Virus record (IMG/VR): IMGVR_UViG_3300030098_006570
Location: 1-64,000 of that record
Length of the DNA stretch: 64,000 nucleotides
Direction: 5' to 3' (one strand)
DNA from: a virus
Positions 1 through 9,279 of this stretch are shown one piece after another. The notes below the pieces were generated by a model. That model had not been told where the DNA came from. It ran no database searches and saw only the letters and a program-made list of their open reading frames with translations. The position numbers and the translations under genes were made by a program. Within the stretch, counting starts at the first letter, position 1. Every line of letters begins with the position of its first letter.

Positions 1-191
1 GAACCACAACCAAATGTCTTAAACTTAGCTTCCGTAATTCGCTCTCCGATTACTTTGATCTGTAGTTTCATCACGTCTCCACACTCCGGGGCACCGACCA
101 TGCCGGTGCCCACGTTTTCTTCGTCCTTATCGAAAGAGCCCATATTCTTTGGGTTCTCAAAGTGATCTAAAACTTTTTTTGAATATGACAT
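1..191 (-). CDS. iscU: Fe-S cluster scaffold protein IscU/NifU-N (partial, runs off window start)
   Basis: Not in ORF track. Manual translation from ATG at 191 gives MSYSKKVLDHFENPKNMGSFDKDEENVGTGMVGAPECGDVMKLQIKV...EAKFKTFGCGS, with the IscU motifs DHFENP, GAPxCGD and FKTFGCG. Confidence 0.93.
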   Translation of the reverse strand, partial: MSYSKKVLDHFENPKNMGSFDKDEENVGTGMVGAPECGDVMKLQIKVIGERITEAKFKTFGCG

Positions 192-193
192 AA

Positions 194-502
194 CTAACTA
201 AATGACATTCCGCAGCCACACGTTGAATTGGCGTCGGGGTTTCTAAACACAAATCCATGTTGTTGTAGTCCAGATTGGTAATCCACCGTCGTATTCTTCA
301 GTATGTCTGCGCTATGTGGATCAATATACACCTTCACGCCGGGAATGTCAAGCTGAATATCATCTTCATCTATTTCCTCCGTAAAAGCTAAAGTATAAGT
401 GAACCCGCTACAGCCACCGCCCACAACAGCAACACGGACGATTTCCTCTTCTTCTACGCCTTCCTTCAGATACTCCTTTGCGCTCGCTGTAAATTCTATC
501 AT
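194..502 (-). CDS. iscA: Fe-S cluster A-type carrier (IscA/SufA/ErpA, HesB family)
   Basis: GGGCSGFTY and C-terminal TCGCGMSFS motifs. Start reassigned to ATG 502 (MIEFTASA), directly after the RNR stop. Confidence 0.92.
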   Translation of the reverse strand: MIEFTASAKEYLKEGVEEEEIVRVAVVGGGCSGFTYTLAFTEEIDEDDIQLDIPGVKVYIDPHSADILKNTTVDYQSGLQQHGFVFRNPDANSTCGCGMSFS

Positions 503-503
503 G

Positions 504-2924
504 TTATCCGCACTTTGCGTACGCGCACACTGTGCAAGTCGCGCAACCCTCAACATAAATTAAACCTTCGGCATCACACTCAGGGCAAGACTTTTCAGTT
601 GCCTCTTGTCCATCGGGAATGTAATTCTTGAGAATACGAGCAATACACTTTGCGAACGAGAACATATCCGAGTCCTTATCCTTTTGGAGTTGCTCGACAA
701 CATACTGAATGTTTGCTCCATGACGTAAGCCAAGCGAAATCATGCGAGTGAAAGCGCTGTGGTTGGGGTTGTCAAACGCCTTGACCAAGTCCTTGATGAT
801 GATTGTATCACCGTTGGTTCCCACTTTCAGATCATAAATGGAGTTTATGGTCTTGCGGGGATGTTTAACCAATATGCCCTCAGCTTTACCCCGAGGGATC
901 TCAATCAAATTGGAAAGGCCACCCATGACCTCATAGGGCTTCCCGTCCAGGAGTCCCACCGTAATAACCCACTTCTCTCCCTGAATGGTGGTGTGGTGGA
1001 TGTTGCACGGCAACTCGATGGGGCGTTTGGGGGCAGTGTGTTGGGGGAAGGCCGCATTCTCTTCGGCGGTCTTGTCGACCAAGACCCCTGTGCGGGATCC
1101 TTCTACATAAACCGTAATGCCCTTGAGACCCATCTTCCACCCCTGCAGATAGAGTTCCCCGACTAACGCAGGGTCGGTACCCTTGGGCAGATTGATGGTG
1201 GAACTAATGCTGTGGTCAATGGACTGCTGGATTACAGATTGAATGGCAACACGCTTGGTCCAGTCGATGCTGTCAGCCTCGACAAAGAAGGCGGGAATGT
1301 CCTCTGTCCCCAGCAAGCTAAGATAGTTAGTGATGTTGTGGTGGAATACCTCATACTCCAGCCAGCGATCTCCCAAATCATCTACAAAGTCAGGCGGGAC
1401 ATTGGTCTCATTGTGTGACAGTTTGCGACGGCGAGTATAGGAATTCCTGAAAACAGGCTCCAATCCGGAACTGGTCTGCGACATAATGGAAACGGATCCT
1501 GTGGGTGCATTTGTCAGAATGGATATGTTGCGGCGCCCGTGCTTCGCAATAAGTTCTTTTAGGTTCTGCGGGAGACGCTTAATAAACTCATTGTTTTCCT
1601 CCAGAGCCCAATTAAAGACCGGGAAGGCGCCGCGTTCCTGTGCCAGATAAACACTCTCCTCGTAGGCGGCATCGCGCAGTGTGCGGTAGATCTTCTCCGT
1701 AACCACCAGAGCCTCGTCGCTGTCGTATGCCAAATTGAGGCAGGCCAGAGCGTCGGCTAGACCATGTGTTCCCAGGCCGGTCCTGCGGCCGCTGGCTGCA
1801 GCGTTATACAGCTTTGTCCAAAGCTCCTTTTCATCAGCCGACTCCGCAACATTGCGAATGTTTTCGAGCTTCTCCAATTCAAGCTCCACCAAATCGTCTG
1901 ACAGGCGCATACCAACTGCCGCTACCTCTCTCAGCTTGTTGAAGTCAAACTCTGCATTTTTTTCAAAAGAATTTTTAACAAGACTTTTTAGATTCAAAGA
2001 GATAAGTCTACAGGAATCATAGGCTGAGAGGGGAATCTCACCGCACGGGTTGGTGGTCTTTGTCTGAAAGCCCGGATAGCTGTGCGCGGGCAGATTCTTT
2101 GTAATGTTGTCCCACATCAGCAAGCCGGGCTCGGCTGTCTTTGTCGCCGATTCAATAATAGTATTCCAGAGGGCGGTAGCGTCAATGGCGGCGGTGTAGT
2201 CCGGTGTCTCTGAGTCTACCGGGAACTGCAGAGTGAACGTGTCTCCGCTCTCGACGGCTCGCATGAAGTCGTCCGTAATCTTGACGGAAACATTGGCTCC
2301 CGTAACCTTGGTCAGATCGTGCTTCATTTTCACAAACTGTTCAATGTCGGGGTGACGCACATCCATGGAAATCATTAGTGCGCCGCGACGGCCATTCTGG
2401 CCAATCATCCGGCAAACATAGGAATAAAAGTCAGCAAAAGACCAAGCACCAGTAGTAGTCCGAGCAGAGTTGTTAACGGGAGCACCCTCGGGACGCAAAT
2501 CAGAAATATCAACACCAACCCCACAGCGCCGCTTAAACAAGTTAGCAAGATCTTTGCCAGCGTCCATAATGGACGAAACACTATCCTGTGGATTATCGAC
2601 AACCACACAGTTTGATAAAGATACATTAAGATAATCATTTCCTATTCCCATCATTGGTGAGCCCTGAGGCACAATATATTTGAAATCTTTGAGGAACGCG
2701 TAGATTCCATCCTCGGTCAAGTGATTTGACTTCCGCGTGATAAACTTATCCTCCATCCTCGCAAACTCCTTTGCGAGGCGCTTGTGCATGTCATCGGGGC
2801 TCTTTTCTACAAAGTTACCCTTCTTGTCACGCAAACAATACTTTGTCATAAAGACATTAGTTGCGAGTTCGTCACCACTAAAATATTCCAGAGTTGCCTC
2901 GCGGACTTCCTTTTCTTCAAACAT
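504..2924 (-). CDS. nrdJ: Class II (adenosylcobalamin-dependent) ribonucleotide reductase
   Basis: SNCVV, TNPCGEIPL and APTGSVS motifs; C-terminal CPEC...CxVC..CG; no beta subunit adjacent. Confidence 0.88.
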   Translation of the reverse strand: MFEEKEVREATLEYFSGDELATNVFMTKYCLRDKKGNFVEKSPDDMHKRLAKEFARMEDKFITRKSNHLTEDGIYAFLKDFKYIVPQGSPMMGIGNDYLNVSLSNCVVVDNPQDSVSSIMDAGKDLANLFKRRCGVGVDISDLRPEGAPVNNSARTTTGAWSFADFYSYVCRMIGQNGRRGALMISMDVRHPDIEQFVKMKHDLTKVTGANVSVKITDDFMRAVESGDTFTLQFPVDSETPDYTAAIDATALWNTIIESATKTAEPGLLMWDNITKNLPAHSYPGFQTKTTNPCGEIPLSAYDSCRLISLNLKSLVKNSFEKNAEFDFNKLREVAAVGMRLSDDLVELELEKLENIRNVAESADEKELWTKLYNAAASGRRTGLGTHGLADALACLNLAYDSDEALVVTEKIYRTLRDAAYEESVYLAQERGAFPVFNWALEENNEFIKRLPQNLKELIAKHGRRNISILTNAPTGSVSIMSQTSSGLEPVFRNSYTRRRKLSHNETNVPPDFVDDLGDRWLEYEVFHHNITNYLSLLGTEDIPAFFVEADSIDWTKRVAIQSVIQQSIDHSISSTINLPKGTDPALVGELYLQGWKMGLKGITVYVEGSRTGVLVDKTAEENAAFPQHTAPKRPIELPCNIHHTTIQGEKWVITVGLLDGKPYEVMGGLSNLIEIPRGKAEGILVKHPRKTINSIYDLKVGTNGDTIIIKDLVKAFDNPNHSAFTRMISLGLRHGANIQYVVEQLQKDKDSDMFSFAKCIARILKNYIPDGQEATEKSCPECDAEGLIYVEGCATCTVCAYAKCG

Positions 2925-2926
2925 CG

Positions 2927-4294
2927 TTAGCCTCCATTATTTTTCTTAAATTTCTTGTATTTCTCAACTAAGTTCTCTTTTTGCTTCTTAACGCTGACCT
3001 CTACAAGCTCATCCTCCTCGGATGGCTCAAGTACCTTGATACAAACGTTTGATGTATCCATAAATAACGGATACACAAGACCATCGGGGCCATTACGGTT
3101 CTTAGCCACAAAGAGTCGACCACTGTTCATGGTCTTATCTTCAATAGTTCGAGAAATGCTAAAAATGAAATCAGCCACAAAGCACTTGTTGAAAGCCTCC
3201 GAGATTGATTCCATTGTGATAACTTCTGCGTTCAAGCCCGACCTGTTGGTTTGTGAAGCTGTCCATACTGGTGCTTCATACTCGGCTGCGATCCCGCGCA
3301 GCTCTTCATAAATAGATTCCAACTCGTTTCTCTTCTCTTTTTGATAGCGCACCGGGCGGAGCAAATCCCCATAGTCGATGATAATCATGTCCACATCAAT
3401 ATTGCGCATGCGCAGCTTTTCCAGGTGGCTGCGAATAGTCTGAGTGCTGGCCGTCTTTGTTGGATACTCCTTTACAATCAGTTTTCCCTCAATACCCAAC
3501 ACCTCTTCGTAAATCTTTTCCTTGAATGACGTGAGGTTCTGCAGTGGGATCTTTGTAAGACACGAATCGTAGCGCGAGGCGACCACTGTATCCTGTAGCT
3601 CCAGAGTATAGTGCACTACTGTCTTTCCTTCGCGCAGGGCCTGGGTGCCCAGATGAACCAGGGCCATGGACTTGCCTGCGCCAGTCGGGGCGATAACAAC
3701 GCCCAGCTCTTTCTGCCCCAAGCCGCCTTTACTAATGTCGTCAATCAGTTCCCAGCCGGTAGTAATAGGGTTGCGGAATCGAGGCTTGAATCTCTCTTCA
3801 AAATCCCTCTTCCAATCATAACCCTCTTCGTTATCAATTCCCAACTTGAGCGAGTCGTTAATAACTTGTGCGATTTCATCGAAGGAGGAACTTTGGAGCA
3901 GACCAATAGACTTCACCATGGCCCCCTTGAGGTTCTGCTTCTTACAGAAGTCCAAAGATGTATCTTTTATATACTCAACGTCTGTGGTGGCGTTCACCTG
4001 ACTGCGCACATAGAACTCCCGCACCTGTTTGGACGTGAGTTCATTCTCGTTGTCAAGCTCCGACCTCAAAATGGTCTTCATGATATCGCGTGAGGGGTGG
4101 ACCCCATACTTCTTGCGATAATCAAAAATCTTGTTCAAAAAGAGCTTGAGATAATTAAGTTCCAAGAAGTTTACATCCAAAACTTCCTCGATCTGATCTG
4201 CGAATGGACGATCGTCCAAGATCACCATGCACAGCTTTTCCTGAAATGACTTTCCATATTTGGAAAAACTGACAGGTTCTCCGTTTATTTTCAT
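2927..4294 (-). CDS. Replicative DNA helicase (DnaB/T4 gp41-like)
   Basis: Walker A APTGAGKS, TLE, IIIDYGDL, ASQTNR and KNRNG motifs. Start at MKINGE (4294) is preceded by GAGGGA; 4309 is the alternative. Confidence 0.9.
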   Translation of the reverse strand: MKINGEPVSFSKYGKSFQEKLCMVILDDRPFADQIEEVLDVNFLELNYLKLFLNKIFDYRKKYGVHPSRDIMKTILRSELDNENELTSKQVREFYVRSQVNATTDVEYIKDTSLDFCKKQNLKGAMVKSIGLLQSSSFDEIAQVINDSLKLGIDNEEGYDWKRDFEERFKPRFRNPITTGWELIDDISKGGLGQKELGVVIAPTGAGKSMALVHLGTQALREGKTVVHYTLELQDTVVASRYDSCLTKIPLQNLTSFKEKIYEEVLGIEGKLIVKEYPTKTASTQTIRSHLEKLRMRNIDVDMIIIDYGDLLRPVRYQKEKRNELESIYEELRGIAAEYEAPVWTASQTNRSGLNAEVITMESISEAFNKCFVADFIFSISRTIEDKTMNSGRLFVAKNRNGPDGLVYPLFMDTSNVCIKVLEPSEEDELVEVSVKKQKENLVEKYKKFKKNNGG

Positions 4295-4310
4295 TGCTTC
4301 CCTCGCCATT

Positions 4311-4339
4311 ATAATACTAGTTCCTCAGTGCTTTGTCAA
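4311..4339 (-). promoter_or_regulatory. sigma70-like promoter for helicase/nrdJ/isc operon
   Basis: Minus strand TTGACA-17nt-TATTAT. Confidence 0.6.
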
Positions 4340-5282
4340 CCACTATTCTGTTCATAATGGCATGCAAGTCGTCCCAGTTAAACACCCCGAACCCATCTTG
4401 GTTCATCATGCGAATAACTTCCGTCTTGTTGTAATCATATTCAAAATTTTCTAGAGCGTAATGCACCTTCTCGCGGCACTGTAAAGAGAGGGCGGGATTG
4501 TAAAGTTGCATCAACTTGTAGTTCTCTATAATTACATCTCTGTGGCCTAAAACGTTGGTGAAAAACTTAGCTTTGGAGTCAGTTTCAAGACAGAAATCAA
4601 AAATCTCCTGCAATGACGCATCCTTATCTTCTCTAAGAAAATTGAAGTTTTTTGCGATACTTTTCAGACCAGCTCGGGGGACGCCTTTCAGGTTGTCCGA
4701 AGGATCTCCGGCAATAGCGCGTGCCATGGCAAAGTTTCGCGGATGGATATCAAAATCCTCCACTACATTCAGCTTTGTGTGTACCTTTTTCTGAATGGGT
4801 CGGAACAGAACCGTTTCATTATCGCACAGTTGGATGAAATCCTTGTCACTAGAAACGATCACCTTCTCCCAGCCATCGAAGTGGGGGAGCCTACTTGCGT
4901 AAGCGATGACGTCATCAGCCTCAACCTCGTCAAAACGCAGCTGAACGACGGGCAGTTCGTTCAAATACTCCATAAGACGCAGCTGCTGCCACGCCATGTT
5001 GGCCCGCTGTTGCTCATCGGTAAGGTCGGTTTGTCGATTAACTCGAATAGGCTTTCGGCCCTCCTTGTAGTTCTTGTTCTGCTGCCGACGCTTGCGGCTT
5101 CCTCCGGGGCCATCCCAGATGATCATCACTGCATCAGGCTTGATGTCGCGACAAAGCTTCTGTAGGATGCCTAGGAAGCCCTTCAGGCCTCCGATGGGCT
5201 GTCCATGGGTAGACAGGCTAGGATTGACGATAAAAGCCCGGAAATAGGCGTTCAGGGCGTCTACGATCATTACTCTTTTCAT
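4317..5282 (-). CDS. 5'-3' exonuclease / flap endonuclease (PolI N-terminal, T4 RNase H-like)
   Basis: IVDALN, WDG, NYKEGR, EADDVIA, SSDKDF and GDPSDNLKGV motifs. ATG 5282 overlaps the upstream stop (ATGA). Confidence 0.9.
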   Translation of the reverse strand: MKRVMIVDALNAYFRAFIVNPSLSTHGQPIGGLKGFLGILQKLCRDIKPDAVMIIWDGPGGSRKRRQQNKNYKEGRKPIRVNRQTDLTDEQQRANMAWQQLRLMEYLNELPVVQLRFDEVEADDVIAYASRLPHFDGWEKVIVSSDKDFIQLCDNETVLFRPIQKKVHTKLNVVEDFDIHPRNFAMARAIAGDPSDNLKGVPRAGLKSIAKNFNFLREDKDASLQEIFDFCLETDSKAKFFTNVLGHRDVIIENYKLMQLYNPALSLQCREKVHYALENFEYDYNKTEVIRMMNQDGFGVFNWDDLHAIMNRIVVDKALRN

Positions 5283-5743
5283 GCTGCTGTCCACCATTGG
5301 GGCACCTCCGATTTCCATGTGGCAAAGGCTGCCTTCTCCCCGTGGTAGTACGCCCGATAGGCAGTCACGGCGCACTCATTCTTGTACTGCTCAGGCATCG
5401 CCTGCGCAAAAGGAGTAAGCCCCTTCTGTGGAAAACCAAGAGGCAGTCGTGCACACCAACGAATAACAGCTTCGCTCTTGTGTTGGCGTCCATAGCGCCG
5501 AGTGTATTCCTCAGCCATCGCTAGACCGTGCGTGATCAGCCACTGCCAGTTCTCGGCGGACTTGCCAGCCCACAAGGTGCATGGGTGCTTTGGGTGTGCC
5601 TTTTTGTACGGCGCATTGAAGCCGTGATTGTGGGCCACAGTGCACAGCATCTGGGCGCTCTCTAGGATCATTTTTACTACGTGTTTGTCGCAGAGTTGCC
5701 GAGCTGCGATCTCGGGATCTTCGTCTACTACGAATATGTTCAT
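5279..5743 (-). CDS. Pyrimidine-dimer DNA glycosylase / endonuclease V-related protein
   Basis: MNIFVVD...CDKHVVKMILESAQML...HPCTLW...AYRAYY pattern of this family. Confidence 0.75.
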   Translation of the reverse strand: MNIFVVDEDPEIAARQLCDKHVVKMILESAQMLCTVAHNHGFNAPYKKAHPKHPCTLWAGKSAENWQWLITHGLAMAEEYTRRYGRQHKSEAVIRWCARLPLGFPQKGLTPFAQAMPEQYKNECAVTAYRAYYHGEKAAFATWKSEVPQWWTAA

Positions 5744-5762
5744 TGTGTTATCCCCTAACGTT

Positions 5763-5804
5763 TGAAGCTCCTATGAGTATATCCCATAGGAGCTTCAGTG
5801 TCAA
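5763..5804 (-). promoter_or_regulatory. sigma70-like promoter embedded in a 13-bp inverted repeat
   Basis: TTGACA(5804-5799)-17nt-TATACT(5781-5776). Arms TGAAGCTCCTATG (5763-5775) and CATAGGAGCTTCA (5785-5797). Confidence 0.75.
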
Positions 5805-5818
5805 GGGTTAGTTTGAGT

Positions 5819-6757
5819 TTATTTTTTAAGCTGCGCCCATTCCTCAGGGGATATCTGTTCGCCAGAGCCCTTTTCTTGCCCGTGCTCTTGACCGCCGCCG
5901 GCGCCGTACGGAGGATTCACATCCACCTCGCCGCCCTTCAGAGCGTTAACCGCAATCTTCAAGGCGCCAGCAACTTTCTCTTGGTCGATGACCGGCATCT
6001 GTGGTCGCTCGGGAGCAAACCCAGGAGCCTGCAAAGTCAGTTGTCCCAGATTGTTGGCTAATTTGTCAGCTGCAGCCTGAACGGCTGCTTTTCCTTCTTG
6101 ACCAGTATATTTTTCAAGAGCGGCAATAACATCTTCAGCACCTAGATTTCCCCACGGATGCCCCTTAGTCGCCATCGCGACGAGTTGCTTCTGGATGTTT
6201 TCAGGCGTAAACTGGTCGAAGCCTCCGGAGGCAGGTTTTCCTTTTTGAATCCCAAGGCGTCCTTTGGTGATCGCATTTAGAACGGCAATTAATTCGGGCG
6301 CTGGGAAGCCGACTTTGTAGCCGCCGATACCCAAACCGGGATCAATCATGCCCGTAGCTATCCACCGGTGATGACCATCCATAATATAGTTATCCTGACT
6401 AATAAAGGCTCCCAAGTCTCCTCCGGGCTTAAGTTTTCCCTGCGGGTGAAGCATCTGTACCACAAACTGCATGGCCTTTTCTATGTTCATGCTGGACTGC
6501 GAGGGCTTGAGCTGTCCCACCGGAATCCCTTTATCCCCAGTCGACACAACGTCGATGACATCATCTTCGGCGCTCTTATCGAGTTTGGGATTGCCACTAC
6601 GCGTATACTTCCTTGCTAGTTTGGTGTTAACACGGTCCAACTCTTTAGGAAAACGGACCGGGTCTAGCTTGTCGGGATCAGCCTTTTCGGTTACAAACTC
6701 GCGCCAGCTCTCCGTTATCAACTGAAGGTCTTTAAAACTACTGTACTTTTTACTCAT
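5819..6757 (-). CDS. ParB/Srx-like domain protein, probably late-expressed
   Basis: LKPSQ...FISQDNYIMDGHHRW motif; N-terminal LQLITESWREF leader; CTAATTA motif upstream. Confidence 0.6.
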   Translation of the reverse strand: MSKKYSSFKDLQLITESWREFVTEKADPDKLDPVRFPKELDRVNTKLARKYTRSGNPKLDKSAEDDVIDVVSTGDKGIPVGQLKPSQSSMNIEKAMQFVVQMLHPQGKLKPGGDLGAFISQDNYIMDGHHRWIATGMIDPGLGIGGYKVGFPAPELIAVLNAITKGRLGIQKGKPASGGFDQFTPENIQKQLVAMATKGHPWGNLGAEDVIAALEKYTGQEGKAAVQAAADKLANNLGQLTLQAPGFAPERPQMPVIDQEKVAGALKIAVNALKGGEVDVNPPYGAGGGQEHGQEKGSGEQISPEEWAQLKK

Positions 6758-6968
6758 CACTACTCTCCTCGGGGGTGTTATAATTAGTCTCCCGTTTCCA
6801 ATCCAGCCAAAAACCTATCGCAACCATCAAGTGCATTATGATGGAAGCCCCGTACTCCCAGGCGTCGTGGTAGGTGACGAAGTGCAAATGCACATGGCCC
6901 AAAACCCAAAAAGGTATAGCCATTTGCTGACTATACCAGATTAGGAAGAACTTTACAAATTCTTTCAA
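6750..6968 (-). CDS. Small putative membrane protein
   Basis: 72 aa with two hydrophobic His-containing segments, tightly packed between neighbours. Confidence 0.5.
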   Translation of the reverse strand: MKEFVKFFLIWYSQQMAIPFWVLGHVHLHFVTYHDAWEYGASIIMHLMVAIGFWLDWKRETNYNTPEESSDE

Positions 6969-6971
6969 GGG

Positions 6972-7580
6972 CTAACCCTTGGCAAATACTCTCTGCCCAG
7001 AGGGAAGTTCCGCGGAGACGCCGGCATGGGGGAGGGTCTCTTCCGGGTCGTGAGCATCAGACGCCTCGGCAATCGCCGCCAAGGCTTGATTCACCTTATC
7101 GGTGGCTTCCTGGATTTCTTCCTCGGATGCTTCTCCGGAATCCATTAACGCTATTAACTCTCCCAGTGCTTTCTCAAGTTTCTGGTCGTCAGAAAGTTCC
7201 TCAATAAAATTCTGGATATCTTCTGCGGTGCCTTCTGGGTCTTCCCCATCTGTGACGGCATCTAACGAGTCGGATACTTCCTCTGCTGCTTCTGGCGCTG
7301 CGCCGGAAAGGCGGCGCCATAGTCCCTTGAGTTTGTCCCCTACACCACCCCGGGCTAGGGCGCCCAGTCCTGCCATGGCTATTAACTCTTTCAGACTAAA
7401 GCTCATTAGAGAAATTCTGGGACCGATGCTGATGCCCTGATGGACATTCGGCGGTCTAAGAACCGTGGTTGCAAACATCGCAATAGCCGCGATGGTCATC
7501 GGATCAATGGCTTCATTAACCTCTTCTTCGGATTCGGAAAACTTTCTCCAGTTTTCCATTATAAGTTTCATATCAGACAT
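6972..7580 (-). CDS. Hypothetical acidic protein with MKLIMENWRKF leader
   Basis: ORF track; AGGAG SD; CTATTTA motif upstream. Confidence 0.7.
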   Translation of the reverse strand: MSDMKLIMENWRKFSESEEEVNEAIDPMTIAAIAMFATTVLRPPNVHQGISIGPRISLMSFSLKELIAMAGLGALARGGVGDKLKGLWRRLSGAAPEAAEEVSDSLDAVTDGEDPEGTAEDIQNFIEELSDDQKLEKALGELIALMDSGEASEEEIQEATDKVNQALAAIAEASDAHDPEETLPHAGVSAELPSGQRVFAKG

Positions 7581-7613
7581 CGCGCAGGTCTCCTAGACGT
7601 ATAATAAATAGTT

Positions 7614-8735
7614 CTATTCTTTATCTACGTCGTAGAAATCTGCGGCACTTCCCTCTCGCACATCAAACTTGCGAATGATCTCTTCATCCATAATCTCGAA
7701 CACTCGGGATCTGAACTTCTCATCTTGGAGTTTAGAAACCCAATGAGCGCTCTGGAACTTCTCTTCCGTGCCATCCTTATGGACAAGCGCAAACCATGCG
7801 CCAGCTTGCTTCACATTATCCGAGCCCTTGACTGCTTCCAGCCAACTCTCTTGATCTTGAATACCCACCTCGTCGGTGCCCCAGAGAATCTTGAAGGCGC
7901 AGTTGCGACCCTGTGTTCCAAAACGCGACTTCTCCAGCTTGACCTTCACTTCGGAGCCGATGCGGAAACCGCTCTCGTCTTCGATAAATGCGGACTTGGC
8001 TTTGCGTCCCGTCAGCCATACCCGGAGAGAATATACATAATGCATAGCCTTTCCGCCTGGGGTGATATAGGGTGTCGTCATTGCGACGATGCGTGCGTTA
8101 GGTCCCTGTGGAATATTGGTCTTTAGCTGGTTGAGAACCAGGAAGGCAGACTTAGTATTGGCAATGGGGATTGTTAGTTTAGACATTCCCTTGGAGAGAA
8201 TGCGTGCCTTCATTGCCATCGTGGATTGGGGATTAAAGTCCCCCTCCACGTCGGACACAGTAGGAGTCAGAGCCAGCGAATCCCAGATAAATAGCGTTCG
8301 TTCTGCCCCGGAAGCCAATACAGCTTCGACGGTTTCGAGAACGTGTTCCACCGATTGGGCCTGGACATAGATCAGTTCATCTAGATTACATCCGGTACGC
8401 TCAAGGAATCCTGGGTCAATCGCTGACTCTGAATCCATATACACCACATTCATACCCATCTTCTGGGCATTGGCGGCGCACTGTGCTGCCATAAAAGATT
8501 TGCCGGTTGATTCCAAACCAGCAATCTCCGTAAACTTGCCGACGGGAATGCCTGCAAGTTGGCCGCGACAAATGATAGAATCCAACCACCGCGACCCGGT
8601 TGGAATCCATTCTGTTACTTCTGTAGGATTCGCTTCCTTCAGGTTGTGGGCGACTTCCACACCCGAAGTTTTGTTGATTAAAGTTCGCAGACCATCAATT
8701 GAAATCTTGCCTGCTTTTGACTTACTTTTTGCCAT
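7614..8735 (-). CDS. recA: RecA/UvsX recombinase
   Basis: IPTGS, Walker A GLESTGKS, DSESAID, WDSL, NQL, TPGGKAM and KSRFG motifs. Confidence 0.92.
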   Translation of the reverse strand: MAKSKSKAGKISIDGLRTLINKTSGVEVAHNLKEANPTEVTEWIPTGSRWLDSIICRGQLAGIPVGKFTEIAGLESTGKSFMAAQCAANAQKMGMNVVYMDSESAIDPGFLERTGCNLDELIYVQAQSVEHVLETVEAVLASGAERTLFIWDSLALTPTVSDVEGDFNPQSTMAMKARILSKGMSKLTIPIANTKSAFLVLNQLKTNIPQGPNARIVAMTTPYITPGGKAMHYVYSLRVWLTGRKAKSAFIEDESGFRIGSEVKVKLEKSRFGTQGRNCAFKILWGTDEVGIQDQESWLEAVKGSDNVKQAGAWFALVHKDGTEEKFQSAHWVSKLQDEKFRSRVFEIMDEEIIRKFDVREGSAADFYDVDKE

Positions 8736-8877
8736 CGAATCTCTCTCCATATCTTTCGTAAATTTCGTCTCTCACATCCTTGTGGAGACTAGCCACATGG
8801 TCGCGGGTTTCCTGTAGTTGGCGCTTTAACTCCAACATATAACAAATTATAATAGCTAGAGCTAGCGCCGTCCACAT
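8722..8877 (-). CDS. Small hypothetical protein with N-terminal hydrophobic segment
   Basis: Manual translation MWTALALAIIICYMLELKRQLQETRDHV...GKK (51 aa); fills the gap between neighbours. Confidence 0.5.
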   Translation of the reverse strand: MWTALALAIIICYMLELKRQLQETRDHVASLHKDVRDEIYERYGERFDGKK

Positions 8878-8880
8878 CTC

Positions 8881-9042
8881 TTACTCCGCCGAGTCGTCGT
8901 CGTCTCCGGCGGAATCATCATCATCCGCGGCAGAGTCGTCGTCGTCGCCATTTGCAGGGCACCCGCTAAAAGTAACAGCCGCGAAGCCCAGAATTAGGGC
9001 CAGCACAGCAACAAGGCTAATTTGGTTAGTTCGTGCAATCAT
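8881..9042 (-). CDS. Small lipoprotein with Asp-rich DDDDSA repeats
   Basis: Manual translation MIARTNQISLVAVLALILGFAAVTFSGCPANGDDDDSAADDDDSAGDDDDSAE; lipobox-like FSGC; AAAGGA SD. Confidence 0.7.
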   Translation of the reverse strand: MIARTNQISLVAVLALILGFAAVTFSGCPANGDDDDSAADDDDSAGDDDDSAE

Positions 9043-9054
9043 TATATATCCTTT

Positions 9055-9279
9055 CTAGATTACGAATTCTTGTTCAGTAATAATCAACGAGCCTTCGTTG
9101 ATCAATCTTTCATAGTGACTATGATACCCTAAAAGGCTCACTGTGTCAACTACTATTTTGCGCATTGCTTCAGATTTTCCGGTAATGATACGAAGGGGCA
9201 GCTCATTGTTGTACACAAAACTATGCACTTGTTGAACCACCCCTTCGTGTCGCATGCCGTGTAAATCCAGCGTTTTCAT
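9055..9279 (-). CDS. Stand-alone Smr (small MutS-related) domain protein
   Basis: TLDLHG...LRIITGKS motifs. Confidence 0.7.
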   Translation of the reverse strand: MKTLDLHGMRHEGVVQQVHSFVYNNELPLRIITGKSEAMRKIVVDTVSLLGYHSHYERLINEGSLIITEQEFVI

